Of a stretch of DNA of 64,000 bases, positions 12,821 to 22,500 are shown in pieces; the stretch's first letter is position 1; each line of letters opens with the position of its first letter. The stretch covers positions 544,001 to 608,000 of the forward strand of contig CAVZDU010000003.1 in assembly GCA_963774265.1 (NCBI GenBank). The letters are read 5' to 3'. The notes under the pieces are model-generated. The model was not told the DNA's origin. It made no database searches and saw only the letters and a program-made list of their open reading frames with translations. A program made the translations under genes and the position numbers. Origin of the DNA: an uncultured Chloroflexia bacterium (GTDB lineage: Bacteria; Chloroflexota; Anaerolineae; CG2-30-64-16).

Positions 12821-14065
12821 TTAGTTCACAAGCAGCGCAGTCGAGTACATGATGGCCAGCCCGGCCACGAACCCGCCGACATTTGCCCATGAGGTTATGG
12901 AGTCACCCTCCCGTCCGGCGTACCCCTGCAGCAGCGAGGTCACTTCCACAATGACCTGCCAGATGGCTCCCACACCCATCCCCAGGAACAAGCATGCCAG
13001 CAATGGCGAGTAGGCGAACCCGCCAATCCAGGCGCCAAGGATGGCCGGTGAGCCGGCCAGCAAGGCGAGTCCCACGAACGCCGGAAGACCGGGATCCTCC
13101 CGGCCGGCGGCGGACGCGCTGGCTCCCTGCTTCCCATGCGCCATCGGCGCTGCGATGCCGATTCCTTCGGTGATATTGTGCAGCGTGAAGCCGATTACCA
13201 GGAAAGACCCCAGCGCCGCTTCACCGAGGGCAAAGGCCGCGCCGATTGCCAGGCCCTCGCCGAGGTTGTGCAGGCCGATGCTGAAGGCGATCAAGGCGGC
13301 CAGCGAAAGGCCGCGACGCCCGGCCGGCTGCGCGCCCGGTCCGCGGCGCGGCTGAGCACGGAGCGCCAGCAGCACCAGCCAGGTCAGCAGGGCGGCAAAG
13401 AGCACCAGCGGTATCCCCTGGAATGCACCAGGGAGCAAGGCGGCCACCTCGAACGCTTCCAGGAGCGTGTCGATCAACAGGAACACCAGCAGCCCCAGGG
13501 TCAGGCTGAGCACCGCGCCGAGCGCCTTGCGGCCCATCCGCTTCATGACGGGAAACCAGAGCAGCCCCAGTCCGACCGGCACGATGCCAACGTAGACGCC
13601 GAGCAGGCCGTAGGCCGCAAACTGGGCCAGGCCCGGCCGGGGGGTCGGTGTGGCAATGCTGACCACACCGTCGAACGTGACGCCCGTTGAGGTGACGATG
13701 CGGATCACGTTTGGCTCAGCTTCCACCCACGGATAGGGGATGGAGAGCACCGCTCGTCCCAGGCGGGGAATCGTCGCGGACGGGGAGGCGCGGAACTGCC
13801 AGTACGCATCGTCCACCATCACTTGCGCCACCGTGACAGGGTCCGGCCCGCCGTTGATGAGCCCTGCCTCGAACCCGGACGGCGTGACCGCGATGCGCTC
13901 GAAGGTGAGGTTTTCGATGGGCGGTAGGCTGGCCCGAAAGATGGCCAGCGGATTGCCGAAGGCAAAGACCGCCAACATCAATGCCAATGCCACCAGCGGA
14001 ATGAGGCCTGACACCCATAGTGGCAGCCTCCCAGCGGTGGTCATTTCTCGTTCTGTAGTCGTCAT
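12821..14065 (-). CDS. ZIP-family divalent metal transporter with an N-terminal extracytoplasmic domain
   Basis: IGLHNLGEGLAIG and TLHNITEGIGI metal motifs; multiple TM helices; start corrected to ATG 14065. Confidence 0.9.
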   Translation of the reverse strand: MTTTEREMTTAGRLPLWVSGLIPLVALALMLAVFAFGNPLAIFRASLPPIENLTFERIAVTPSGFEAGLINGGPDPVTVAQVMVDDAYWQFRASPSATIPRLGRAVLSIPYPWVEAEPNVIRIVTSTGVTFDGVVSIATPTPRPGLAQFAAYGLLGVYVGIVPVGLGLLWFPVMKRMGRKALGAVLSLTLGLLVFLLIDTLLEAFEVAALLPGAFQGIPLVLFAALLTWLVLLALRAQPRRGPGAQPAGRRGLSLAALIAFSIGLHNLGEGLAIGAAFALGEAALGSFLVIGFTLHNITEGIGIAAPMAHGKQGASASAAGREDPGLPAFVGLALLAGSPAILGAWIGGFAYSPLLACLFLGMGVGAIWQVIVEVTSLLQGYAGREGDSITSWANVGGFVAGLAIMYSTALLVN

Positions 14066-14081
14066 CGTGCCACCTCTGTCC

Positions 14082-15125
14082 TCAATCTGGCGATGCCGTC
14101 TCGTCGGCCGATGCCTCGAAAAAGCCCATCCAACCCAACTCCGCCAGCTCGCTCTGGTGCGCGTGGAACATGTATTGGCCGGGGTACTCGAGGGAGAATT
14201 CCAACACATGGCGTTCGCCCTGTCCCATGATCACGTTATCGGTCAACTCGTACCGCTCCAGGTCCGTTCCCGTACGGTAGAGCCGATACATGCCCGCATG
14301 CAGATGGAACGAATTGACAGGGTCGAACTCGGTCGCATTGACCAAATAAACCCGAATTGGCTCGCCCACCTTGACCTGGATTGGATGCTTCGCGTAGTGA
14401 AACGCCACGGTGTTGACGGCGTAGATTTCGTTTTCGTTGTCGAAATTGGTGTCGAAGGCGTTCATCACCATCACCATTTCACGGGCCGGCGGTCGGCCCC
14501 CTGGCGGGTCGATGATGAACGCGCCGTACAGACCCTTGTGGATGTGCCGCTTCAGGGGCATCACGTGGCAGTGATACAGTTGCAGCCCGAACGGCTTGGC
14601 CTCGAACTCGTAAACGAAGTCGCCGCCGGTCGGCACCACAGGCGTCACGCCGTCCATGCTCGGTGGATGGATGCCGTGGAAGTGGATGGTGTGCGGCATG
14701 GATGAGGCGTTGTGGAAGCGGAAGCGCAACCAGTCGCCTTGCCGGCATCGGAAGGTGGGACCCGGCACCTGGCCGTTATAGGTCCAGGCGGGGAAGAACA
14801 CGCCCGGCGCAACCTCGATCTCCTTATCGGCCGCGTACACGTCCCATTCACGGACCGTCCGTCCATCAGACGCAATGCTCTCCCGGCCCCAATCGAATTC
14901 AGTCAGGAACCTGGTCGGATCGAAATCGGACAGGTTGACCTCGCCAACCAGCCCGCTATTTTCTCCATGGACCATGGCCGGAGCAGGGGCGTCAGCGGTC
15001 GCGCCATCATGGCCGGCCGTGGGCGCATGTCCCTGCGCGGCAGCGCCGCCGGCCGTCAACAGCGTGGCCGCGCCGGCCGTCAGAAATGCTCGTCTGCTCA
15101 GTCGAGCAGTCGTTTGAGAATCCAT
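14082..15125 (-). CDS. Tat-exported two-domain multicopper oxidase
   Basis: SRRAFL Tat motif; HTIHFHG, YHCH..H..L, SFHLH, FHAH copper motifs. Confidence 0.92.
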   Translation of the reverse strand: MDSQTTARLSRRAFLTAGAATLLTAGGAAAQGHAPTAGHDGATADAPAPAMVHGENSGLVGEVNLSDFDPTRFLTEFDWGRESIASDGRTVREWDVYAADKEIEVAPGVFFPAWTYNGQVPGPTFRCRQGDWLRFRFHNASSMPHTIHFHGIHPPSMDGVTPVVPTGGDFVYEFEAKPFGLQLYHCHVMPLKRHIHKGLYGAFIIDPPGGRPPAREMVMVMNAFDTNFDNENEIYAVNTVAFHYAKHPIQVKVGEPIRVYLVNATEFDPVNSFHLHAGMYRLYRTGTDLERYELTDNVIMGQGERHVLEFSLEYPGQYMFHAHQSELAELGWMGFFEASADETASPD

Positions 15126-15135
15126 TTCAACACCT

Positions 15136-15840
15136 CTATACCTCTCGCAGGGTCAATTCACCGGCTGTCTGGTCCAGTACAACGAAAACCTGATCCGTAA
15201 TGCCTGGTCCCAGGGCATGCACCCCGGCGGGCTCCGCTACCCGCACCAGGAGTGGTCCCTGAAAGGGCACGCGCTCCGTGACTTCCACATGTGCTCCCAG
15301 CACCAGCCCAAGGTCGTTCAAGTAACGCAGGAGCGCAGGATCATCATCCAGCACCCGCCTCACCTCCGCGGGTCGACCGGGCGGCAGGTCGGTCAGGGGG
15401 ATGTCATGCAGCGCCTCCATGGCGCCATCGCGGCCGGGGATGGGTGACCCATGCGGATCGCGCGCCGGTTCACCCAGGTAGCGTGCGATGTCATCCACCA
15501 ACTCCTCGGAGATCGCGTGTTCCAGCCGGTGCGCCTCCGCGTGCACCCTGTCCCAGGAATACCCAAGCGCTGCGGTGAGGAAGCTCTCGATGAGGCGGTG
15601 GTGGCGGACAACCTCGAGTGCGGCCCTTTCCCCGGCCTCGGTCAGGCGGGCGCCCCGGTAAAGCTCGTGCACCACCAGGGGGGGATCCATGACGGACAGC
15701 TTCTTGAGCATGGCCGTGACCGATGCGGGCGCGAGTTCCAGGACGTGTGCGAGTTTTGTGGTGGATGCCCACTCCTGCCCCCCCTCGCACACGAGCTCGT
15801 ACAGCGCCTTCAGATAGTCCTGCACCGACTGGGATGTCAT
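15136..15840 (-). CDS. DtxR/MntR-family metal-dependent repressor with FeoA-like C-domain
   Basis: QDYLKALY, VRHHRLIESFL, HAEAHRLEH, DPHGSPIP; start ATG 15840. Confidence 0.93.
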   Translation of the reverse strand: MTSQSVQDYLKALYELVCEGGQEWASTTKLAHVLELAPASVTAMLKKLSVMDPPLVVHELYRGARLTEAGERAALEVVRHHRLIESFLTAALGYSWDRVHAEAHRLEHAISEELVDDIARYLGEPARDPHGSPIPGRDGAMEALHDIPLTDLPPGRPAEVRRVLDDDPALLRYLNDLGLVLGAHVEVTERVPFQGPLLVRVAEPAGVHALGPGITDQVFVVLDQTAGELTLREV

Positions 15841-15858
15841 TTTGCTTCTCTCAAGTGT

Positions 15859-15908
15859 AATTTTTGTATAACTAAATTTAGTATATAGCGAGACGAAAGA
15901 TTTGTCAA
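15859..15908 (-). promoter_or_regulatory. sigma70 promoter with overlapping DtxR/MntR-type operator
   Basis: TTGACA(15908-15903)-N17-TATACT(15885-15880); perfect palindrome ACTAAATTTAGT at 15871-15882; imperfect AAATTTAG-N5-CAAAAATT dyad. Confidence 0.8.
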
Positions 15909-15926
15909 GGGCCAACATTCAAAATC

Positions 15927-16868
15927 TCAGCATCTATTGAGGACGTAGGGGAGCCTGTCGAGCCAACGATTGCGTCCTAAGTAAGTGGGCAGATCAGGGA
16001 TCTTTCCGGCCACGCGGGCGCGCGCCAGCACCCGCGCGGCGGCTTTCACCAGGGGCATGTCGATCATCTTGCCATCCAGGCTGAACGCGCCGCGGCCAGC
16101 CAGCTGGTGCTCTCGCATGGCATTCATGACGCGGAGCGCGTGGCTTACAGCCGCATCGTCCGGCGTGAACGCGGCCTGCACCGGGTCGATTTGATTCGGG
16201 TGGATGACCTGTTTCCCCGCGTAACCCATCTGGCTGGCCTGCATGGCCTCCGCGACCAATCCTTCGGTATCGTGGTAATCAATGTACACCATATCGATGG
16301 CCTGCAGGCCGAACGCGGCCGCGTGGGTGACCACCGCGCTGCGCGCGTAGAACACTTCCCAGGCCGCAGGCGTGCGGATCGCGCCGATGTCGCCCGCCAG
16401 GTCTTCTGCGCCGAAGATCAGCGCTTGGAGACGGGGGTCAGCGCTCGCGATCTCCCTCAAGTTAACGATGCCGGCAGCAGTTTCGACCATGACGATGAGG
16501 ATGATCCCGCCGGCGGGCCAGCCGTTCGCCCGCTCAGCGGACGTGATGCGGTCGCTTGCCCAGCGGATCGCATCAGCGTCCTCCACTTTGGGGATCACGA
16601 TCCCATCGGGCCGCACCGTCAACCCCGCCCGAATGTCGTCTGCCTCCAATCCTGATCCCACAGGGTTGATGCGCACCAGCCGCTCGGCGCGGCCGAAGCT
16701 TAACTCTCGGAGCGTCGCGGGGATGGTGGCGCGCGCCTCAGCCTTCCGGCTCAGCGCGACACCGTCTTCCATATCGAGACATACGCAATCCACATCCAAG
16801 GTGGTTGCCTTCCGAATCTTCCGCTCATCATCGCCCGGCATGTAGAGCAGGGCTCGTCGCGCGCGCAT
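15927..16868 (-). CDS. CitE/HpcH-family acyl-CoA lyase
   Basis: LLYMPG, LDMEDGV, VRIN, IPKVE, MVET, FGAED, GKQVIHPNQ, DGKMID. Confidence 0.9.
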   Translation of the reverse strand: MRARRALLYMPGDDERKIRKATTLDVDCVCLDMEDGVALSRKAEARATIPATLRELSFGRAERLVRINPVGSGLEADDIRAGLTVRPDGIVIPKVEDADAIRWASDRITSAERANGWPAGGIILIVMVETAAGIVNLREIASADPRLQALIFGAEDLAGDIGAIRTPAAWEVFYARSAVVTHAAAFGLQAIDMVYIDYHDTEGLVAEAMQASQMGYAGKQVIHPNQIDPVQAAFTPDDAAVSHALRVMNAMREHQLAGRGAFSLDGKMIDMPLVKAAARVLARARVAGKIPDLPTYLGRNRWLDRLPYVLNRC

Positions 16869-16886
16869 CAGTCCTCCGGCATTTCA

Positions 16887-18327
16887 TCACTCGCCCAGGA
16901 TTTGGAATCGCGAGCGGATGGCTGCGTCCACTTCCGGCGCGAGCCCTGTTCCCGTAGAGCCGGCCAACAACCGGGCGACGCGAGCCGCGGCCCGCTGGCG
17001 TGTCTCCTGTCGCCCCGCGTCCTCCCATGCCGTCCGGTTGCGCCGATCCGACACACAGGGTTGGTAGTACTCCGAGCGCATGTATTGTAGGGTCAGCGGA
17101 TCGGTCAGGTAGTGGCCGCCCGGCCCGACACGGTCGATCGCCTCCACCGCCAGGGTGTCGGAGGTCAGCTCGATGCCGCGCAGCGTCCGCATGGCCATCC
17201 CCACAATTTCGTCATCGATCACCGCCTGCTCCAGCGAGGCGGTGCTCATGTTGTTGATCATCCCGATGGCGTGGTGGATGTAGTCGGCGCCGCTCATAGC
17301 AGCCAGCAGGAAAGTGGCCATCTTCTCGTAGCCCGCCTGCGCGTCCGGCACCTTGGCATCGGTCATCCCGCCGGAGCAGTAGATGGGCGTTCGGTAGAAA
17401 TGTGCTAATTGCGCGGCAGCCGCCTGCATGATCCCGAACTCCACCGCGCCGCCCAGGTAGCCACCGCTGCGCATGTCCGCCACACCCGGGATGTAACCGG
17501 CGAGTACGGGCGTGCCCGGCCGCACCAGCTGCGTGAGCACGATGCCGCTCAATTGCTCGGCGTTGAGCTGGGTCAACGTCCCGGCCAGGGTCACCGGTGA
17601 AGTGGAACCCGCCATGGGCGCGGATGAGAGCGCAAGCGGGAGCCCCTGTTGGCACCATGTCAGCAGGATGTCGGTCACCGATGTATCGAGATGCAGCGGG
17701 CTGACCATCCAGCACGCGATGGCCGACACGATGGGCCGGGCCTGCAGCGCCTCCAGCGAGCCGGCGATGAGCGTCGCCAGCTCGATCACCTGGCGCGCAC
17801 CTACCGCCGAGTCCACGCCACCCATCACGTGCTTCGTTGTGTGGGTCAAACACGTGTGGAAGCGATTCACCGGGACATGCTCCGCCGGGATATCAGTCGG
17901 ATAGATTGGCATCACCACGAAGTCGCAGTTCGGCAGTTTGTCGACCAGGGCAACCATTTGCCGTAGATCGGCCAACGTGGCGGGCCGCACGCTGGTCGCA
18001 CCCAAATCGAGCACCGCGGTCGGCGACCCGCCGGTGCCGGCGTAGACTCTTTTGTCTTCGAGCACGATGTCGTTGGCCGGATCGCGGCCGGCAAGGAGGA
18101 CGCGCGACGGTGCGAGCGCGAGGGCCTTTTCCACCATTTGTTCGGAGATGTAGACCCGCGCGCCATCAATACCGCGCGCCGCCCTGCCGAAACAGGTCAC
18201 GGGCGGTTTCGTGCTCCACGTGCACCCCCGTGCGTTCCAGCACCCGCATCGAAGCCTCGTGCACCTGCCGGATTTGTTCTTGGGTGAGTGGGCAATACTG
18301 CCCGCCCATCGGGCCTGGCCTTGGCAT
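16887..18327 (-). CDS. MttB-superfamily corrinoid methyltransferase 1 (non-Pyl); frameshift near 18170
   Basis: SPL, MAGSTSPVTLAG, DMRSG, GGMTDAKVPDAQAGYEK, VGPGGHYL. Confidence 0.9.
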
Positions 18328-18349
18328 GACTTCTCCTTTGGGCTTGGCC

Positions 18350-19801
18350 TCACCCCGCCTCAGCACGCCGGCGGTTCAGCACTTCGGTGATGGTCGCTTC
18401 AGCCGTCGGCGGCAGGCCTGGCACCTTGTGTTCCCGCAGGATTTTCTTCGCACGCCGGTTCGCGCGTTGGGTCATATCCTGGCCGCCCGCCGCCACCCAG
18501 GCGTCGTAGCGGTTGCGGTCGAACAACTTCGGGTGCCACTGGGCCCAGCGCCAATTGTCCAGCGTGTGATCATCAGCCAGGAAGCCCGCTCCCGGTTTGG
18601 CGCGGTGGATGGCATCGCGAGCCAGCGTGCGTTCGCTGACCTCGACACCGTCCATGATGAAGCGCACGTTGCGGATGATTTCATCGGCGATCACCAGCAT
18701 CTCCATGGAGGAGGTCGAGCCATATTCGATGTAGCCAACATCGTGGACCAGGTTGCAGCGCGCCAGGTACGCGCTCATGATGGTGATCGTCGCTTCGATG
18801 CCTGCCTGCGCGTCGGCCAGTTTGCTGTCGCTCGCGCCGGCTGCGCCCCAGACCGGAAGATCGTAGCTGCGGGCGATATCGCACCAGGCCATCATCCCCG
18901 TGGGCCACTCCGGCGCACCATAGCCGACGATCGTGGATCCCATGTCCAGCGCCGCGGTATTCATGCCGTACAGGAAAGGCGTTCCCTTGCGGACGAGTTG
19001 TGTCAGAACCAGCCCCACCAGGCACTCGGCGTTTCCCAGGGCCAGCGCGCCTGCCAACGTGATCGGGCCGCCGCCGCCGGTGTTCGGCGATGGCGGATAG
19101 GTCACTGGAATGCCCTTCTCAGCACAGAACAGCAGCTTGTCGACCGACTCATCCGGGAAGAGCAGGGGGGAGATGGGCTCTGCGTAAAGGATGAGGAACG
19201 GCTTCTCGCGAAGCTCCGTCTCACCACCCGCGATGGCGCAGGCGATTTGGTAGATGTCCTCCATGTCTCGCCGGTTGTTTGCCGTGTAGCAGGTAGGCTT
19301 GACCGAGCCGCGCATCATGGCGACAAACTCGTGGACATAGGCGTCCAGGGGGTCGACTTCGCCGGGGTTGCCCATCGACATCGTGAAATCGATTTGTTCC
19401 AGACCATCGCAAAGCTGGGCGATTCTGCGGACGTCCTCCGTCGTTGTCGGACGGCGTTCGCCGGTATCCACATCGACCGTGAAGATGCAATCCGACCCAG
19501 ACCCGAAGAAAACCTTCCCGGCCTGCAGCGGCATCGTCTGCTGGCCGAGCCGGTTGTACATGGGGATGCGCGCTGGCGCGCTGGCGATGGCGTTCATCAC
19601 CATATATTCCGGGATCTTGATCTTGCCATCGGCTTCCCATGCGCCAGCTTCCAGAAGCAAGCTGGCCGCGCGCTCGTTCTTCATCACGATGCCCGTGTGG
19701 GCCAGGATGTCCAACGATGTGTTGTGGATCTCCTTAATCTGGTCGTCCGACAGCATGCGGGTCGTCGGGTGCAAGGTCGAAATGGATATCTGGTCGGTCA
19801 T
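18350..19801 (-). CDS. MttB-superfamily corrinoid methyltransferase 2 (non-Pyl)
   Basis: EPISPL, GPITLAG, YGAPE, AGASDSKLADAQAG, HDVGY; GGAG RBS before ATG 19801. Confidence 0.92.
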   Translation of the reverse strand: MTDQISISTLHPTTRMLSDDQIKEIHNTSLDILAHTGIVMKNERAASLLLEAGAWEADGKIKIPEYMVMNAIASAPARIPMYNRLGQQTMPLQAGKVFFGSGSDCIFTVDVDTGERRPTTTEDVRRIAQLCDGLEQIDFTMSMGNPGEVDPLDAYVHEFVAMMRGSVKPTCYTANNRRDMEDIYQIACAIAGGETELREKPFLILYAEPISPLLFPDESVDKLLFCAEKGIPVTYPPSPNTGGGGPITLAGALALGNAECLVGLVLTQLVRKGTPFLYGMNTAALDMGSTIVGYGAPEWPTGMMAWCDIARSYDLPVWGAAGASDSKLADAQAGIEATITIMSAYLARCNLVHDVGYIEYGSTSSMEMLVIADEIIRNVRFIMDGVEVSERTLARDAIHRAKPGAGFLADDHTLDNWRWAQWHPKLFDRNRYDAWVAAGGQDMTQRANRRAKKILREHKVPGLPPTAEATITEVLNRRRAEAG

Positions 19802-19863
19802 GATCTCTCCTTTTTGCTCCACCTTGAAAGTGCCTTTTGTATCCGTGGACATGCTTCGCGTGC

Positions 19864-21803
19864 CTAGCGCAGGTTTTGTGCAATCAGCGGTCGAATCATA
19901 GAAAACGGCCCGAAATTCGAACTTTTATAATCGACAGGCAACCGTTATGCTCGGGGCGAATCTCCGCTCAGTTAAGGAGGAATCCGCCATGCGTGAAGTC
20001 GCCACTCAACCGAGCCATACGGAGCATGCGCTCTTGGTACTTCTGGGCCAGTACGCCCAGCATCTCGGGCTCATTCAGGTCCTGATGGCGGCATCTCTGC
20101 ATCAGAAGACCCGCACGCATCAGCCACAAACCAAGGTGGTCGAGTTCCTGGTGGCGATTCTGGCTGGCCTGCCGCATCTCGAGGACATCAGTCGCGATGC
20201 GCGGCCGTTGGACCAAGACCTGGTTGTGGCGACTGCCTGGCAGCAGGACGGCTGGGCCGACTACAGTGGCGTTGGGCGGACCTTACAGGCGCTCACTCAA
20301 CCGGAAGCGGAACGGATCGCCGCTGCCTTAAGCCAAATCAGCCATCCCTTCATTGACGATCAGGTGGCGCAGGCGCTGCTCCAGGAGGGCCGGCTCATTT
20401 ACGACGGCGATCTTACCGGCCGACCCGTCTCCAATACCAGCACGAGCTACCCCGGGGCTGCCTTTGGCCACATGGACGATGCGGTACGCCTCGGCTACCA
20501 AGCGGCTGTCGTCAGCCTAAAGAGCCCGACCTATGGTCGACTGTGGCTCTCAGTCAAGCCGCATCCAGGCAACGTGCTTTCCTGTCAAGTAGCCGAAGAG
20601 ATGGTGCTGGCTGCAGAAGGCCAGACCGGGGTGCGTCCCCGACGGCGTACCGAATTACTGGGCCAGCGCCTGCACGCCGTGAGCCAAGAGCGGGCGCTGG
20701 TTGAGCAGCGCCTTCAGCAACGCTGCCAGGCGTTCAGCGCAGCACAGGCGTTGATGCAGGCTCGCAGCGAGCAGGTAGGTCAGGCGAATGCCGCCTTGAC
20801 TGGCCTGATGGCCGCCAGCGAGCAGGCCGCGCAGCGCAAGGGGCGACCGCATTGCCGTCTGGCACAGGCTCGGGCGCATCTCGCCGCCTGCGAACGCCGC
20901 TTGCAGCGCCAGCAGCAGCGCTTTCTGCAGGCTCAGCGTAGCGTCGCGCGTGAGCAGGTGCGGTTCGCGGCCTTACGGGCTATGGAGCGGACCTTAGGCC
21001 AGCGGCTTGACGACTTCAACCGGGAGAATGCTGCCAATCCGGCCCCCATCCATGCCGTCTTTCGATTGGATGCCGGGTTCGGCACCTGGGAAAACGTCGC
21101 CCGCTTGATCGAACTGGGCTACGAGGTCTACACCCGACCCTACAGTCAGAAGGTCAAGGCCAGTTTGCTGCATAGGATCGAGGATACGACGCCCTGGGTG
21201 CGCGTAGGTGCCAATGCCGAGATGATCGCCTGGTCTGGCGTGCTCTTCAAGGGCAACCCCTACCCGGTCGATGTTGCCCTTGAGCACTTCTATACAGGCA
21301 AGACCGAGCGGTACGGCGCGCTCCTACACTTCGGGTCGGACGCTGTCACCAAAGATCTGGGTGGCTGGTTTGCCTTCTACAATGGTCGCCAGACGGTCGA
21401 GGCGGGCATCAAGGAAGGTAAGGGCGTGTTCCAGATGCACCATCTCAAGGTGCGTTCCCTACCGGCGCTCTGGCTGCAAGAACAGTTCGCCGCCTTTGCG
21501 GCCAACTTCCTGCGCTGGGCCGCCCATTGGTTGTGCCATGACTGCGGACAAGTGCCTAACCAGTGGCTCGTACCGGTCACAGCGAGCATCAAAACGCTGG
21601 TCCAGGTTGCTGCTCACACGCCTGCCAGTGTCCAGTGGCTACCCAACGGTTGCTTGTTAAGGTTCTCGGATGATAGTCTCTATGCCGGTCGCATCATTCA
21701 GGTCGGCAGCTGGGTCGTCCAGCTCAGTCTGCCGCTCTTCCAAAGTTGTCATTTCGAGCCGATTTCCATGACTCCGGCTCTGATTGCACAAAACTTACGC
21801 TAG
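19864..21803 (+). mobile_element. IS1380-like insertion sequence
   Basis: 24-bp inverted repeats with 2 mismatches: CTAGCGCAGGTTTTGTGCAATCAG (19864-19887) vs 21780-21803; the terminal CTAG is probably the duplicated target. Confidence 0.85.
19989..21803 (+). CDS. DDE transposase (IS1380-like) with long coiled-coil insertion
   Basis: YDGDLT, RLDAGFG, FYNGRQTVEAGIKEGK catalytic motifs; AGGAGG RBS; the stop TAG lies in the right terminal CTAG. Confidence 0.82.
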   Translation: MREVATQPSHTEHALLVLLGQYAQHLGLIQVLMAASLHQKTRTHQPQTKVVEFLVAILAGLPHLEDISRDARPLDQDLVVATAWQQDGWADYSGVGRTLQALTQPEAERIAAALSQISHPFIDDQVAQALLQEGRLIYDGDLTGRPVSNTSTSYPGAAFGHMDDAVRLGYQAAVVSLKSPTYGRLWLSVKPHPGNVLSCQVAEEMVLAAEGQTGVRPRRRTELLGQRLHAVSQERALVEQRLQQRCQAFSAAQALMQARSEQVGQANAALTGLMAASEQAAQRKGRPHCRLAQARAHLAACERRLQRQQQRFLQAQRSVAREQVRFAALRAMERTLGQRLDDFNRENAANPAPIHAVFRLDAGFGTWENVARLIELGYEVYTRPYSQKVKASLLHRIEDTTPWVRVGANAEMIAWSGVLFKGNPYPVDVALEHFYTGKTERYGALLHFGSDAVTKDLGGWFAFYNGRQTVEAGIKEGKGVFQMHHLKVRSLPALWLQEQFAAFAANFLRWAAHWLCHDCGQVPNQWLVPVTASIKTLVQVAAHTPASVQWLPNGCLLRFSDDSLYAGRIIQVGSWVVQLSLPLFQSCHFEPISMTPALIAQNLR

Positions 21804-22453
21804 ACCTCTCGGATATCCACGATTTCCTGGTCCGGGATCCTGCTCAATGCCGTGCGGGCCTCATCCATGGTCACCTTCAGCTTGACCACTGCATCCCACT
21901 TGCCGGGCGCCTTCGGGCTGACCGAGCCGCCACAGGCTTCGATGCCCCAGCCCTGGGCCGCAATGGCAGACACCAACTTGGCCAGCTCCCCGGGCACTCC
22001 CGACGGCATGCGGATGGTGACGCGGACGCCGTGCTCGCGCGCAGCCATGAGTTCCGAGAGCTGGGCGAGCAGGTCCAGCTCGGTGATAATGCCGACCAGG
22101 ATACCTTTCTCTACCACAGGAAGGCAGCCGATCCGCTTCTCCACCATCACACTGGCGGCCTCCTCGATGGTGAGGTTGGAGTCGATCGTCACAACCTCCT
22201 GGAGCTTCAGCATGACATCCCTTACGCTTAAGCTCGACAGGGTGCGGGCGATATCCCAGACCGAGAGGCTGCCCAGCCGTCCCGGATCGATCAGCAGTGT
22301 CTGACGGGTGACCAGGCCCAGCAAGCGCTTGCCGTCTCCCACCACAGGCAGGTGCCGGATCTTGTTCTCGCCCATGAACTTCTGCGCTTCGATGACCGAC
22401 ATCGTTGGGGTGGCCATCAGCGGGTGCCGTGTCATGTAGTCTCTAACTAGCAT
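21800..22453 (-). CDS. CBS-pair + ACT domain protein (AcuB-like)
   Basis: VRDYMT, IRHLPVV, IGCLPVV..GIITELD, then an ACT-like PGELAKL segment. Confidence 0.88.
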   Translation of the reverse strand: MLVRDYMTRHPLMATPTMSVIEAQKFMGENKIRHLPVVGDGKRLLGLVTRQTLLIDPGRLGSLSVWDIARTLSSLSVRDVMLKLQEVVTIDSNLTIEEAASVMVEKRIGCLPVVEKGILVGIITELDLLAQLSELMAAREHGVRVTIRMPSGVPGELAKLVSAIAAQGWGIEACGGSVSPKAPGKWDAVVKLKVTMDEARTALSRIPDQEIVDIREV

Positions 22454-22500
22454 TCGTGTCTCCTCCCAAGGAAGCGAGCAGCTGTTTATGCGGGTGTTGG

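Noticed and set aside
14082-15125. Copper nitrite reductase (nirK)
   Set aside because: It retains paired HxH motifs in both domains, typical of trinuclear-site oxidases, and lies in a metal-uptake context
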